A stretch of 64,000 bases of DNA from an uncultured Chloroflexia bacterium (lineage in GTDB: Bacteria > Chloroflexota > Anaerolineae > CG2-30-64-16), in contig CAVZDU010000010.1 of assembly GCA_963774265.1 (NCBI GenBank), positions 256,001 to 320,000 on the forward strand, written 5' to 3'. Below are positions 1-9,873 of the stretch, one piece after another. Positions within the stretch are counted from its first letter, which is position 1. Each line of letters begins with the position of its first letter. The notes beneath the pieces were generated by a model. That model did no database searches. It was not told where the DNA came from and saw only the letters and a list, made by a program, of their open reading frames with translations. The translations under genes and the position numbers were made by a program.

Positions 1-476
1 AGATGAGTGACCTTAGTGCCAGTATCTTTCTGGAGCCGTTCGGCCAAAATGCCGCGATGGCACGCCCCCGGCAAAAGCTCGACACACAACAGAGCCACAA
101 TATGCGCTCCTGGCCCCAAGTCAGCAACAAACTGGCAGCTGTCAAACCTGTCCAGGATCTCCTGCGTGTAACCTGCGTGAAACTGGGCGCTCAACTCCGT
201 CCTCTTGCGCCGAGCCACCTGGGCATCATGATCGGCGGCGGCCTGCCACTTGCGGAGCGCATCCGAGGGCGAGAGATCGATGCGGTGGATGTATCTAACG
301 CCCATCTGCGCAAGACGCGCCTGCAGACGCTTGCTGTTGGCGAAGGCATAGTCTGAGCCGCGTACCGCGCGCCGCCGGCGGATGTCAACGAGTGTGTCAA
401 CTTTGTTGTGTTCCAGCGCGGCAAAAAACCGTTCAGCATCCCAGCCGTACACACCCACTGTGACGAACTCAGTCAT
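1..476 (-). CDS. DUF488 family protein (runs off the left edge; not in the ORF track)
   Basis: Manual translation from ATG 476: MTEFVTVGVYGWDAERFFAALEHNKVDTLVDIRRRRAVRGSDYAFANSKRLQ...ALVCVELLPGACHRGILAERL. It has the LVDIR and C-x-E...CHR motifs of DUF488 and overlaps the upstream stop (ATGACTGA). Confidence 0.85.
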   Translation of the reverse strand, partial: MTEFVTVGVYGWDAERFFAALEHNKVDTLVDIRRRRAVRGSDYAFANSKRLQARLAQMGVRYIHRIDLSPSDALRKWQAAADHDAQVARRKRTELSAQFHAGYTQEILDRFDSCQFVADLGPGAHIVALLCVELLPGACHRGILAERLQKDTGTKVTH

Positions 477-1062
477 CCTCGACGGCCTCCGCGCCGTGCT
501 GCTTCTTGTAGCGTTTTCGCGATCGCAACTCGGGATCACCCAACAAACTGAGTTGTCCCCCGGAACGACGGCTCAGCGCCTCCTCTTGGGTGATCATCGA
601 GTCGTTCTCGTCAATGTGCGCGACGGGGGTGCCCAGATCGGCCAGGCTCTGGCCGATAAGCGCCGTGCGGTGGCACTGCTCAGGTTTGCCCTCACTGCAC
701 ATTACGACCACCCGCAAGCCTTGGTCGCGTGCGTGACGGAGCCGGGCAATGCCTTCCACGAAGAGTGGGCGCTCTTTCACTCGATCGTAAATCACCTTGC
801 CGTTCTCGTAGCACGTCGGATCATTGGGCTGGCCTCCCAGGGTCTCGCCCAAGTAGACATACCGCAGTCCGGCCTGCGTCGCCGCTTCCTTGAGAGCGTT
901 TTTTGAGAATTCCGGTTTGAATTTTGAGTAGGGCGCAGAGCGAACATCAACCAGGTAACAAATGCGGTGGGCCTTGAGCACAGCAAAGAAGGCGTCGAGC
1001 GAGCGGGCGCCATAGCCGATCGTGAAGATGGGAATCTCGCGATCCCCGGAGAGTGGAGGCAT
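469..1062 (-). CDS. DUF488 family protein
   Basis: IFTIGYG, LVDVRSAPYS, YVYLGETLGG and MCSEGKPEQCHR motifs. Confidence 0.9.
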   Translation of the reverse strand: MPPLSGDREIPIFTIGYGARSLDAFFAVLKAHRICYLVDVRSAPYSKFKPEFSKNALKEAATQAGLRYVYLGETLGGQPNDPTCYENGKVIYDRVKERPLFVEGIARLRHARDQGLRVVVMCSEGKPEQCHRTALIGQSLADLGTPVAHIDENDSMITQEEALSRRSGGQLSLLGDPELRSRKRYKKQHGAEAVEDD

Positions 1063-1169
1063 GTTGACCAGTCAGTTCGCGTTTAGCCCATCCTACACCG
1101 CGCGGCCGCGGCGCGCAAACTGACACCCGCGCGCGGCTCTCAAGACTGGCATCTTGTTCTGGGGATGTG

Positions 1170-3527
1170 TTAGCCGAGCTTCTCCTTAACCTGGGCGAAG
1201 AGACGATCCTTCCACTGCTGTCCCCCCAACCAGTCGCTGCCTGGGCACGCGGTCTGCGTTTGCGGCAGTTCCTTGTGCCCCCTCACGTTTTCCAGGCGTA
1301 TGTTCAGCTTCTGCGTCAAGTATGCCACTAGATGCGCCGCTGCCGACATTTGAATCTCGGGAGGGGTGACGCCATCCATGAAGCGGCCGGCCAGGCAGAT
1401 ACCGACAGAGTAGGTGTTCGCAAAGCCAACGTGGAATGAGACCGACTCCAGCCGGTTGCACTGGTAGATGGTTCCGTCGGCTGTGATGTAAAAGTGATAG
1501 CCTATGCCAGGCCAGTCCTTGCTCACATGATAAGCCGCAACGTTGTGCGGAGTGATAGTGCCTGCTGCTGCGCTGTGATGGATTGCCAGCGTAGTGATGG
1601 CGCTGAGCGTACGGGTCTCGTATTTGTTCGTGATGTGTTTGGGCAATGCGTCAACGACATCTTGAATGGGTGGCGGCGCCACCCGGTCTGCCTTGGTCAG
1701 CTCAGAGATTTGCTGCTCAAGCTCGGACACCCGCCTTTGGAGGGCCTGCTTGTCAGTTTCAACGGCAGCCAACTGCGTCTTGAGCGCGGCATTGGCGCGA
1801 TCCAGGTTCTTGACCTGGAGCCCCAACCCGGCGTTCTGTGCTTGCAGAGTCTGCACCTGGCCTGCTACCGATGCCTTCTCTGTCGTTAGCTGTTTCACCT
1901 GGTCTGACAGCGTCAGGACTTGCGCCTTAAGTGCCTCAACCTCAGCATGCAGTTGGGCGATCAGTACGTCCTGTGGCGCAGTTGGTGACCCGGGCACCTT
2001 GGCAACTTGAGTCAATAGACTCTCCTTCCAGCGGGCTCCTTCAAGCCATTGAAGGCCCGGTGAGTGTGTCTCGATGAAGTCGCTCGCGCCGCGAATGGCG
2101 TCTTCCTTGAGATCGTAAAGGTCGAGAAGCCACGCACACAGACGAGCCAGGGAACCGATCTGCGCGTCGCTGGGCACATTTACATCGTAATTTCCGGCAA
2201 CGTAAATATTGAGGCCGTTGAAAATCCATGCCTGATCGCGCGCAACAACTTCGTCATCTGGATTCGTGCGCTGGATTGTGCCATCACCCGTAATGAAGAA
2301 CTGGCTCATGATTCCTGGCCATCGCTGACGCTGCGCAACGGCGACCCGGTCAGCGCCGATTCCCGGCTGTACCGCGGTGTGATTGATCACGACATACTTG
2401 ATGTCGCCGCGCGTGCGCTTGACGAATTTGGTCGCATCGCGCGGTAGCTGCTGTGTGATGTCTACGAGAGAGGGCTGTGCGACCGTGGTGCTCTCACCCG
2501 GCTTCGGTTCTGGCTGCGGTTCGATCTTCGGTTTGGCCTGCATTGAAGCCTCCCAGTTGTACTTGTGTGTGATAGCTTGGCGGAAGTCTTCGTGAAGGGC
2601 GGTCTTTCCTTCGATACCCCATCGATCGACATTTGGCCAGCGATAGAGGATGAGGGATCGGATCACCTGTGTGGTGGGCTGCCTATTCCACCAGTCGATT
2701 TCTCCGTACGCCCGCTGGATCCAGCCGCGATTCACGTTTTGCCATGCGTCGTTTTGGTCGGCTTCGGTGAGGTACACCGGCAGATGGCGCATGTTTGTCG
2801 GAATGCCGTTCATGAAGTCCTGGTAGGTGCGGAAGTTGTACTGTCGATGGCCGAATGGCGAACCCATGTAGATGTTCGTGTGGATCAGGTTAGGATCGGC
2901 GCCATGTGTGTACGCATGGATCGAGATGCCGTCACATCCGTTCGGCCCCAGGATTTTCAGCATGTCGGTCTGGTACTGCACCCAATCTCCGGTCGGGTTT
3001 CCGGCGTATGTCGTGTGTATGTTCCAGGGCGCGACAGCCCCCGTAATGACTTGGTCTGACGTGTGACCCGATAATGACTTGATTGCCGCCCGGCACAAGG
3101 CATAACAGGCAGCGTATTTTTCGGGCAGGATTATCTCGCCTTGCGATACGACGCGCGGGGGATTCGTGCTCCAATCGAGCGATACGCCAGGTCGCTCAAC
3201 TGCGAAGTTCATCTCGTTGCCGATAATCCATATATGGCAGCCCCGGGACGCGCGCACGAAGTTCGCCACACGGCGGCTGAAGTCCGAGTAGCGGCTGGCG
3301 TTGGGAATCGTGCCATTGGGCTCGTAACCGTGGTTGAGGCGTGCCATAATCCCAAAGCCTTGGTCGGCCCAGAGGGAATAGTCGGCGCCCTGCTGATTGT
3401 TTGGGTCAGCCCCCAACTCCTCGGTGAACAAGATCCATCCCAGCACACCGCGTTCGGCCATGAGATGCTCGCCGCCTGGGTCATGCAGACCATAAAGGTA
3501 CGGAGAGTCATTCAAGGGCCTGCCCAT
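1170..3527 (-). CDS. Multidomain cell-wall hydrolase: N-terminal clan GH-A-like barrel, degenerate amidase_2, coiled coil, intact N-acetylmuramoyl-L-alanine amidase
   Basis: IGNEMN and YLTEAD (GH-A acid/base and nucleophile positions). C-terminal domain has IHHS, IGYHFYI, RGHKEL and TACPG. Central heptad-rich segment. RBS AGGAGGAG. Confidence 0.8.
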   Translation of the reverse strand: MGRPLNDSPYLYGLHDPGGEHLMAERGVLGWILFTEELGADPNNQQGADYSLWADQGFGIMARLNHGYEPNGTIPNASRYSDFSRRVANFVRASRGCHIWIIGNEMNFAVERPGVSLDWSTNPPRVVSQGEIILPEKYAACYALCRAAIKSLSGHTSDQVITGAVAPWNIHTTYAGNPTGDWVQYQTDMLKILGPNGCDGISIHAYTHGADPNLIHTNIYMGSPFGHRQYNFRTYQDFMNGIPTNMRHLPVYLTEADQNDAWQNVNRGWIQRAYGEIDWWNRQPTTQVIRSLILYRWPNVDRWGIEGKTALHEDFRQAITHKYNWEASMQAKPKIEPQPEPKPGESTTVAQPSLVDITQQLPRDATKFVKRTRGDIKYVVINHTAVQPGIGADRVAVAQRQRWPGIMSQFFITGDGTIQRTNPDDEVVARDQAWIFNGLNIYVAGNYDVNVPSDAQIGSLARLCAWLLDLYDLKEDAIRGASDFIETHSPGLQWLEGARWKESLLTQVAKVPGSPTAPQDVLIAQLHAEVEALKAQVLTLSDQVKQLTTEKASVAGQVQTLQAQNAGLGLQVKNLDRANAALKTQLAAVETDKQALQRRVSELEQQISELTKADRVAPPPIQDVVDALPKHITNKYETRTLSAITTLAIHHSAAAGTITPHNVAAYHVSKDWPGIGYHFYITADGTIYQCNRLESVSFHVGFANTYSVGICLAGRFMDGVTPPEIQMSAAAHLVAYLTQKLNIRLENVRGHKELPQTQTACPGSDWLGGQQWKDRLFAQVKEKLG

Positions 3528-3662
3528 CGTCTCCTCCTTTGTGCAGCGCGCCTGACGTCAGTGGAAAATTACAGCAGCAGATATTTGTCAACCAGTATAC
3601 ACTACATTGTTTTGCTTGTCCAGCCCCAGATATGCACTTTTCGCGTTCAGTCCAGGCATGGG

Positions 3663-3668
3663 TATAAT
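3663..3668 (+). promoter_or_regulatory. Probable sigma70 -10 element for the MBL-TPR genes
   Basis: TATAAT in the AT-richer divergent intergenic region, about 65 nt before the start. Confidence 0.5.
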
Positions 3669-3731
3669 GTAAAGCACCCGTGGATTGGGGCTCAAAACAC
3701 GGGGTTTGCGAATGAAGGGGGAATCCTCAAA

Positions 3732-4376
3732 GTGGATATTGATTGGTTTGGCCAGTCCTGCTTCCGATTGAAGGAAGGCAATATCACGATCGTAACTGAT
3801 CCTTACGATCGTAGTATTGGTTATACCCTGCCTAAGCTGCGAGCAGACTTCGTGACCGTCAGCCATGACGCTCCCGGGCACGCCAACGCGGCCGCGGTCA
3901 AGGGCGACCCAAAGGTGCTTTCGCGGCCAGGTGAGTACGAGATCAAAGGCGTTTTTGTGACCGGCATTCAAACGTGGCGCGGTCCAACGACCAAGGGTGA
4001 GGCGAAGGAGGAAAACACGGTCTTCGTCTTTGAGTTTGGCGACCTCACCGTGTGTCATCTTGGCGATCTGAGCAAGTTGTTGACACAAGCCCAGGTGGAG
4101 TCGATGCCCGATATTCACGTATTGCTGGTGCCGGTGGGAGGAGGCAGCGCGCTGGATGCCGACAAAGCCGCTGAAGTCATTGCACAACTTGAGCCGCGCA
4201 TTGTTATCCCGATGCACTACCAGACCCAGTACTGTACAATCAAGCTCGATCCAATAGCCAAGTTCTTGAAAGAGATGGGCGCAGCCGAGCATGAGCCCCA
4301 GGAGTCGCTACGGGTGACTCGATCGCAGTTACCCGAGGAGACGCAGGTGGTCGTGCTCGAGTGTAGGCAGGGGTAG
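3732..4376 (+). CDS. MBL-fold metallo-hydrolase (Lactamase_B_3-like)
   Basis: WFGQSCF, TDPY, VTVSHDAPGH, CHLGDL, IPMHY. True start taken as GTG 3732 after GAAGGGG; the ORF-track extension to 3141 overlaps the amidase gene. Confidence 0.85.
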   Translation: MDIDWFGQSCFRLKEGNITIVTDPYDRSIGYTLPKLRADFVTVSHDAPGHANAAAVKGDPKVLSRPGEYEIKGVFVTGIQTWRGPTTKGEAKEENTVFVFEFGDLTVCHLGDLSKLLTQAQVESMPDIHVLLVPVGGGSALDADKAAEVIAQLEPRIVIPMHYQTQYCTIKLDPIAKFLKEMGAAEHEPQESLRVTRSQLPEETQVVVLECRQG

Positions 4377-4383
4377 GTCGACC

Positions 4384-5112
4384 ATGAGCAGAACAGGTTT
4401 GAGTCGGGCAGGGCGCTTGCTGTCATGCCTGTTAGTCCTATTGGTTTTAGTCGCAGGCTGCGGCGGCGCTCGATCGACTGCGTCGCCTTCTGGAGGCACA
4501 GTGCTTCCACCTCAGAGCGTTGGCACACCCCCGGTGGGCGGAAATGTAGCTGCGTTGATCGCTCAGGGACAGGCCGCACTCGAAGCGGGTAGGCTTCCAG
4601 AGGCCGAGAAAGCGTTTCGGGACGCAGTGAATCTCGATTCCGGCTCTGCTAGTGCGCAGTTCGGACTGGGGAACGTGTACATTCGGCAGGGGCAATTGAC
4701 CGCCGCTGAGACTGCATTCCGGGCAGCTGTGAATAACAACCCCAACATGAGTTCAGCCCATCTCAATCTGGGGGTGGTCTATTATCAGATGGAGCAGCTG
4801 AGTAAGGCAGATGAGGAATTCAGCGCGGTCCTGCGGCTCGATCCGAACGACGCCCAGGCCCTGTATTTGCTGGCTGCTGTCCGGATACAGAACAAACAGT
4901 TCGCTGAAGCCGAGAAGCTGCTGAACCAGGCAAAGCTGGCCCAGCCTGATCTGGCTGAGGTATACTACGGCCTCGGTGCGCTGTACAAACTTCAGGGGAA
5001 AAACTCCGAGGCTATCGCCGCATTCGAGAAGTTTCTCTCACTTGGTACTGCGCAGGATCCAAACGCGCAGGATGCGGCCCGTGCTGAACTGAAGGTCCTG
5101 AAGGGAAAATAG
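4384..5112 (+). CDS. TPR-repeat lipoprotein
   Basis: Lipobox LVAGC followed by about 5 TPR repeats (AQFGLGNVY, AHLNLGVVY, VYYGLGALY). Confidence 0.85.
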   Translation: MSRTGLSRAGRLLSCLLVLLVLVAGCGGARSTASPSGGTVLPPQSVGTPPVGGNVAALIAQGQAALEAGRLPEAEKAFRDAVNLDSGSASAQFGLGNVYIRQGQLTAAETAFRAAVNNNPNMSSAHLNLGVVYYQMEQLSKADEEFSAVLRLDPNDAQALYLLAAVRIQNKQFAEAEKLLNQAKLAQPDLAEVYYGLGALYKLQGKNSEAIAAFEKFLSLGTAQDPNAQDAARAELKVLKGK

Positions 5113-5145
5113 CACGACAGGCCGACGATTTGTTCTGCTCGAGAT

Positions 5146-7497
5146 TTAACGAGCCCCAGGGGGTGGCTTCGTGCGTTCGGCGCCGCGGTGTTGGCTTAGC
5201 AGCCAGTGCTTCCACAGGCGAGGCTGCAACTGCTCCCACATGCGTGCCAGACCCCCGATGGCTTCTGGCCCGGGCTGCTGGCGACCATACCGCTGAGCCA
5301 CAAACAGGTCCGCGATGGTGTCCACTGCCGGCGCGGCCTCCGGCAATCTCTCATTGAATGCCGCCGCACGTTCGAGTGGTGTCTCACTTGCCCTCCATCG
5401 GACCTGCAATCGTGTCGCCCACAATCCCAGTAAGCCAAATAGCCTTGCCAGCACTTCACTGTCGCGAAAAAGACTCGCCTGGCGCCAGCGGAAATAGCGG
5501 ATTCCACCTATCACGGCTGCTATGATGGTGAATCCAGCCGCGAGCCATCCCCAATTGCCTCGCAACCAGCGTTCGAAGGCGCTGGGCGCCCCTGTTAACC
5601 CCGATGCAATTCCGGACCCCTCGGGTTCAGGCAATGGCGGTTCAGGCTCCGCCGCATTCGTCCCCTGATCCGGCAGGATGCCGCTATCCAGGGGATCCTG
5701 CTCCTCGGTCGCTGGCCGGACTAACAGCGGCTCTGATGCGGTGGGCTCGAACTGAATCCACCCATAGGAGGGAAAATAGACTTCGGGCCAGGCATGGGCG
5801 TTACGTTCCAGGATACGGTACAACTCAGGTCCTTCAGCGACTTCATTTTGTTCTTTGACCTGGCCCGGCGTATAACCGACAACGAACCGTGCGGGCACAC
5901 CAACTGCGCGAAGCATCACGACCATCGCGCTGGCGTAGTAATCACAGTAGCCCGCTCTTGAGTCGAAAAGAAAATAGTCGACGCCATCCTGACCAGCAGG
6001 GGGCGCCGCAATGTCCTGGTTGTACGGGTATGTTCGCAGGAACTTCTCGACCGCGTCGGCCTTGTCATACGGACTGCCAAGGTTGGCAACCGTACTAGTG
6101 GCCAGCTCTCGCACTCGAGCGGGAGTTGATTCGGGCAACTGTAAATACCGCTCGGAGATCCAATCCGGATAGATCGTTGTGTCTGCGCGCAGCTTGACGG
6201 GAGAAGCGTCGCTGACGGCAGAGACGACTTGATAGCCAGTCTCACTGTCCAGGCGGATGCGACTACGCAGCAGGGACACAACGCGCACTGGTTCCCGCCC
6301 GTCGCCATCGGTTGACACTTGCCGGTAGTCTGCAGTTACCGGCACACTAATCCGCTGCGGCTGAGGGGGCGCAAAGATCAACTCCTGGCCCTGCTCAAGC
6401 GGATAGACAGTGCTTGTGATCTCCCTTGTATCTCGGACGACCGGTTCCCCGAGTGGCTCGCTACTATCTATCACGACTATATCAGGCGATGTGTTTTGCC
6501 AGCCGCTGCTCGTGTATTCGTCGTAGACCGCCGCCCGCCAGTAGGAGCGCTCTGGCGTTTCCGCATCGAAAATGGGGCGGTCGGTTAGGTTGACCGGGCC
6601 ACCGAAAGCCATCGACTTGCCGAAAGTGGAGATAGTCGTGGCCGACCGGTTGTAGTTCAGCGACTTATACATGCGGTTCCAGGTGTCCTCGACCTGCTGC
6701 CATGGCCCTTCGAGCGGCCGCAGCAGGCGCTCAACGGTAAGGCTTTGTGTGACATCGGGCACGGCCCAGGCAAGGACAATGACCAAGGCTGTGAACGCTA
6801 GGCCAGATCTCAGAAAGTCCAGGGTGATGTCGGGTGCGTAGCGTACCCGCGTCATCTGCCAACGTGCCTCATTTCGAGCGAGTTCAACCCGGATTGCCAG
6901 GAGCAGCACCGAGGCTCCGTACATGACGAGGTACCCGGTCATGGGTGCGGAAGCGTAGTAGGCGTTGACTACCAGCGCAACGCCTGCAGGAATGACCGCG
7001 TTAAGCAATCGCTGATGGCGAAACAGGCTCCAGATGGCGAGATACCCGATCCACCAGCCGAGAATGCTCAACTGGGTGACAAATATGAGATTGTCGGCGC
7101 CCGATGTGCCCTCCATCAGGGCGCGCATCCAACTGACATTGCGCTGGAAAAGCTCGAATGCGCCTTCGCGCAGTGTCATGCTGCTGAAGATCAGTTGGGT
7201 GAACAGCGTCGCAATCCAGACGATACTGGCTAAGGCGCCGTAAATGACTGGAAAGACCCCATCCCAGCGAGTCAGGGCTAACATGAAACTCAACAACGCA
7301 CCGCCGAGCATGGCCAATCGCACCACTTCGAGGCCCTCGCTCCATTCGGCTGCGTTGAGCCCTTCTGTGACTGCGACCAGCATGAGCACGGCCAGCAATA
7401 ACGTCCACCAGCCCCCACCCCACGCGAGGCGCTCCGCCGGCGTATTGCCGCGGGGCATCTCTAGGGGGACGGCCATCGATTGGATATTCGTGGTCAT
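5146..7497 (-). CDS. Membrane transglutaminase-like domain protein (TgpA-like, C-terminal DUF4129-like)
   Basis: Many N-terminal TM helices; YWRAAVYD, GYCDYYA, HAWPEVYFPSYGWIQFEPT. Confidence 0.88.
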   Translation of the reverse strand: MTTNIQSMAVPLEMPRGNTPAERLAWGGGWWTLLLAVLMLVAVTEGLNAAEWSEGLEVVRLAMLGGALLSFMLALTRWDGVFPVIYGALASIVWIATLFTQLIFSSMTLREGAFELFQRNVSWMRALMEGTSGADNLIFVTQLSILGWWIGYLAIWSLFRHQRLLNAVIPAGVALVVNAYYASAPMTGYLVMYGASVLLLAIRVELARNEARWQMTRVRYAPDITLDFLRSGLAFTALVIVLAWAVPDVTQSLTVERLLRPLEGPWQQVEDTWNRMYKSLNYNRSATTISTFGKSMAFGGPVNLTDRPIFDAETPERSYWRAAVYDEYTSSGWQNTSPDIVVIDSSEPLGEPVVRDTREITSTVYPLEQGQELIFAPPQPQRISVPVTADYRQVSTDGDGREPVRVVSLLRSRIRLDSETGYQVVSAVSDASPVKLRADTTIYPDWISERYLQLPESTPARVRELATSTVANLGSPYDKADAVEKFLRTYPYNQDIAAPPAGQDGVDYFLFDSRAGYCDYYASAMVVMLRAVGVPARFVVGYTPGQVKEQNEVAEGPELYRILERNAHAWPEVYFPSYGWIQFEPTASEPLLVRPATEEQDPLDSGILPDQGTNAAEPEPPLPEPEGSGIASGLTGAPSAFERWLRGNWGWLAAGFTIIAAVIGGIRYFRWRQASLFRDSEVLARLFGLLGLWATRLQVRWRASETPLERAAAFNERLPEAAPAVDTIADLFVAQRYGRQQPGPEAIGGLARMWEQLQPRLWKHWLLSQHRGAERTKPPPGAR

Positions 7498-7667
7498 ATC
7501 TTCTTTTCGTCCACCGCTCCTTCCTCAAATGCACATAACTATTCTAACCGTCGCAAAGGCGATTGGTCAAGTCTTTTTGGCGGTTTGACGTCATCGTCAG
7601 CGCAGAGTACAATCGTCGGGCACTCCTGGCCTTACCACAGTCAGCACCATTCCAAAGGATACACCGC

Positions 7668-8759
7668 ATGGATAAAGCGCGGATCAACGAGATTTTGCAG
7701 CAACTCATCGCGGTCGATGGGCCATCCGGCTCCGAGTCGAAAGTAGCGGAACTGGTTGAGTCGCTCGCTCGCGATGTTGTGACCGAGATGCGACGCGATG
7801 CGCTTGGCAACCTGATCGCTCGTCGCCGTGGCGCAGCAGAGCCACCTGGCCGCGTCATGCTCGCAGCCCACATCGACGAAATCGCCCTCGTAGTCACCAA
7901 AGTCGAGCAGGGCTTTCTGCATGTCGCCAGTATTGGGGGCGTCGACGCACGCTCGGTCATCGGCCAGGAAGTGACCGTATACCCGTCGGGGCCGGGTTCT
8001 GATTCGTTCCCTGGAGGATTGCCGGGATATGTGGGCAGCCGGCCGCCGCACCTTCTCTCGGATGAGGAACGCAAGAAAGTTGTTCCGTTGAAGGATCTGC
8101 GCGTCGACATCGGGCTGCCGGCCTCCTTCTTTGGCAAAGGTATCGTGCGTGTAGGCGACCTTATCGTCGTGCGTGGTCCGCGCTGCGAGCTGCTCAACGA
8201 TCGACTGGCGACCAAAGCGCTCGACAACCGTGCAAGCGTGGCAGTGATGCTTGGCGCGCTCGGCTACCTCGCGAACATGCAACACACTTGGGACGTTTAC
8301 GCAGTTGCAACGGTTCAAGAGGAGGTTGGCCTGCGCGGAGCCACCGTCGCCACGTTCGGCGTCGCACCAGACCTGGCCATCGCTCTCGACGTCACGTTCG
8401 GTGATACACCCGGAGTCAATGGCGGGGAGACTTACCCGATGGATCATGGGCCCACGATCGGTTGGGGACCCAATCTGCACCCCGGGATGGTGAAGCAATT
8501 GAAGGCTGTGGCCGATGATCTCGAAATTCCCTACGGCATCGAGCCCATGCCCGGCAGTTCTGGAACCGATGCCTGGGCGATCCAGGTGAGTCAGGCGGGA
8601 GTCCCCACCGGCGTGCTGAGCGTCCCGATTCGATACATGCATTCGCCTGTCGAGATGGTCGGCCTGACCGATCTCGATCGCACTGCACGGCTGTTGGCTG
8701 CATATATTGCCCGGTTGGACACTCGCACCTTGGATGATCTGGCTGCCGAGATGCTTTGA
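7668..8759 (+). CDS. M42 family (TET-like) metallopeptidase 1
   Basis: GPSGSE, AHIDEI, KALDNR, VQEEVGLRGA, LDVT, GTDA, RYMHS; ATG 7668 after AAGGA. Confidence 0.92.
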   Translation: MDKARINEILQQLIAVDGPSGSESKVAELVESLARDVVTEMRRDALGNLIARRRGAAEPPGRVMLAAHIDEIALVVTKVEQGFLHVASIGGVDARSVIGQEVTVYPSGPGSDSFPGGLPGYVGSRPPHLLSDEERKKVVPLKDLRVDIGLPASFFGKGIVRVGDLIVVRGPRCELLNDRLATKALDNRASVAVMLGALGYLANMQHTWDVYAVATVQEEVGLRGATVATFGVAPDLAIALDVTFGDTPGVNGGETYPMDHGPTIGWGPNLHPGMVKQLKAVADDLEIPYGIEPMPGSSGTDAWAIQVSQAGVPTGVLSVPIRYMHSPVEMVGLTDLDRTARLLAAYIARLDTRTLDDLAAEML

Positions 8760-8783
8760 TGCGAGAGCTGAGGAGCGCATATC

Positions 8784-9851
8784 GTGACTGAGTTGAGAGA
8801 ATTATTGTGCCGTCTTTCCGAGGCATTCGGGCCGTCAGGCCATGAGAAGGCCGTGCGCACGCTGGTCCGTGGGGAGATTCAAGGGTCGGTGGACCGTCTT
8901 GACGTCGATGCGATGGGCAACTTGATCGCCTTTAAGGTTGGTGTGGGTCCCGAACCGCGCCTCAAAGTGATGTTGAGCGCCCATATGGACGAGGTGGGCT
9001 TCATGATCACGGCGATCAACAAGAATGGGATGTTATCCTTCAAGCCCGTTGGCGGAATTGATGCTCGGCTGCTGCTGGGCAAGCGACTCGTCATTGGGGA
9101 AAACCAACTGGCGGGCATCCTTGGGGCGCCTGTGCCGCACCTTCAGAAGGGCGAGGCGGCGAACCGGGTCGTTGATCTGGACGACATGACCATCGATATC
9201 GGCGCGACAGACGAGAAGGGTGCCAACGGAAAGGTCAAGGTCGGCGACTACGCGACATTTGCGACGAGGTTCTTGGTGCTTAGCGAGGAAGCAGGGTGGC
9301 CCACCGTGCGCGGCAAGGCCTTCGATGATCGGTCCGGCTGTGCCGCCTTAGTCACCTTGCTGAAGCGCGAGCGGTTTTCTGTCGATCTGTTCGGCGTCTT
9401 CACTGTGCAGGAGGAAGTTGGACTGCGGGGAGCGCGCGTAGCCGCTCACCGTGTCAATCCTGATGCCGCGTTTGCGCTGGAGGGGACTAGTTGCGACGAT
9501 CTCCCGCGTCCGCCTGATGAGGATAGCACCCCGGTTACTCGCCTGGGCGCCGGACCTGCGATCACCCTGATGGACCGCAGTGTGGTCGCCCACCCGGGAT
9601 TGGTGGCGCTATTGCAGGAAACCGCTGCGGACGAAAGCATCTCCATTCAGTACAAGGCCCCCGGCCTTGGCAGCACGGAGAGCGGGGCCATCCATCTGGC
9701 GCGTTCAGGTGTGCCGGCTACTACGGTATCTGTTCCGTGTCGCTACATTCACGGCCCGGCAGCCATCTTGAACCTTAACGACCTGGACGCAACCGTGCGA
9801 CTCATGGACGCCACGCTGCGCCGAATGACTGCGCAGCATCTGGAGCGATAA
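8784..9851 (+). CDS. M42 family metallopeptidase 2
   Basis: AHMDEVG, KAFDDR, VQEEVGLRGA, LEGT, RYIHG; RBS GAGGAG. Confidence 0.92.
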   Translation: MTELRELLCRLSEAFGPSGHEKAVRTLVRGEIQGSVDRLDVDAMGNLIAFKVGVGPEPRLKVMLSAHMDEVGFMITAINKNGMLSFKPVGGIDARLLLGKRLVIGENQLAGILGAPVPHLQKGEAANRVVDLDDMTIDIGATDEKGANGKVKVGDYATFATRFLVLSEEAGWPTVRGKAFDDRSGCAALVTLLKRERFSVDLFGVFTVQEEVGLRGARVAAHRVNPDAAFALEGTSCDDLPRPPDEDSTPVTRLGAGPAITLMDRSVVAHPGLVALLQETAADESISIQYKAPGLGSTESGAIHLARSGVPATTVSVPCRYIHGPAAILNLNDLDATVRLMDATLRRMTAQHLER

Positions 9852-9873
9852 GGTCTCCGAAGGAGCACCATCA

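Noticed and set aside
3141-3731. N-terminal extension of the 411-aa ORF
   Set aside because: It is antisense to the amidase gene and spans the promoter region; MBL homology starts at GTG 3732.
7641-8780. Long antisense ORFs (379 aa here; also 37028-37837, 54958-55623, 62142-62897 and others)
   Set aside because: They are shadows of well-supported genes, expected at high GC, with no motifs or RBS.
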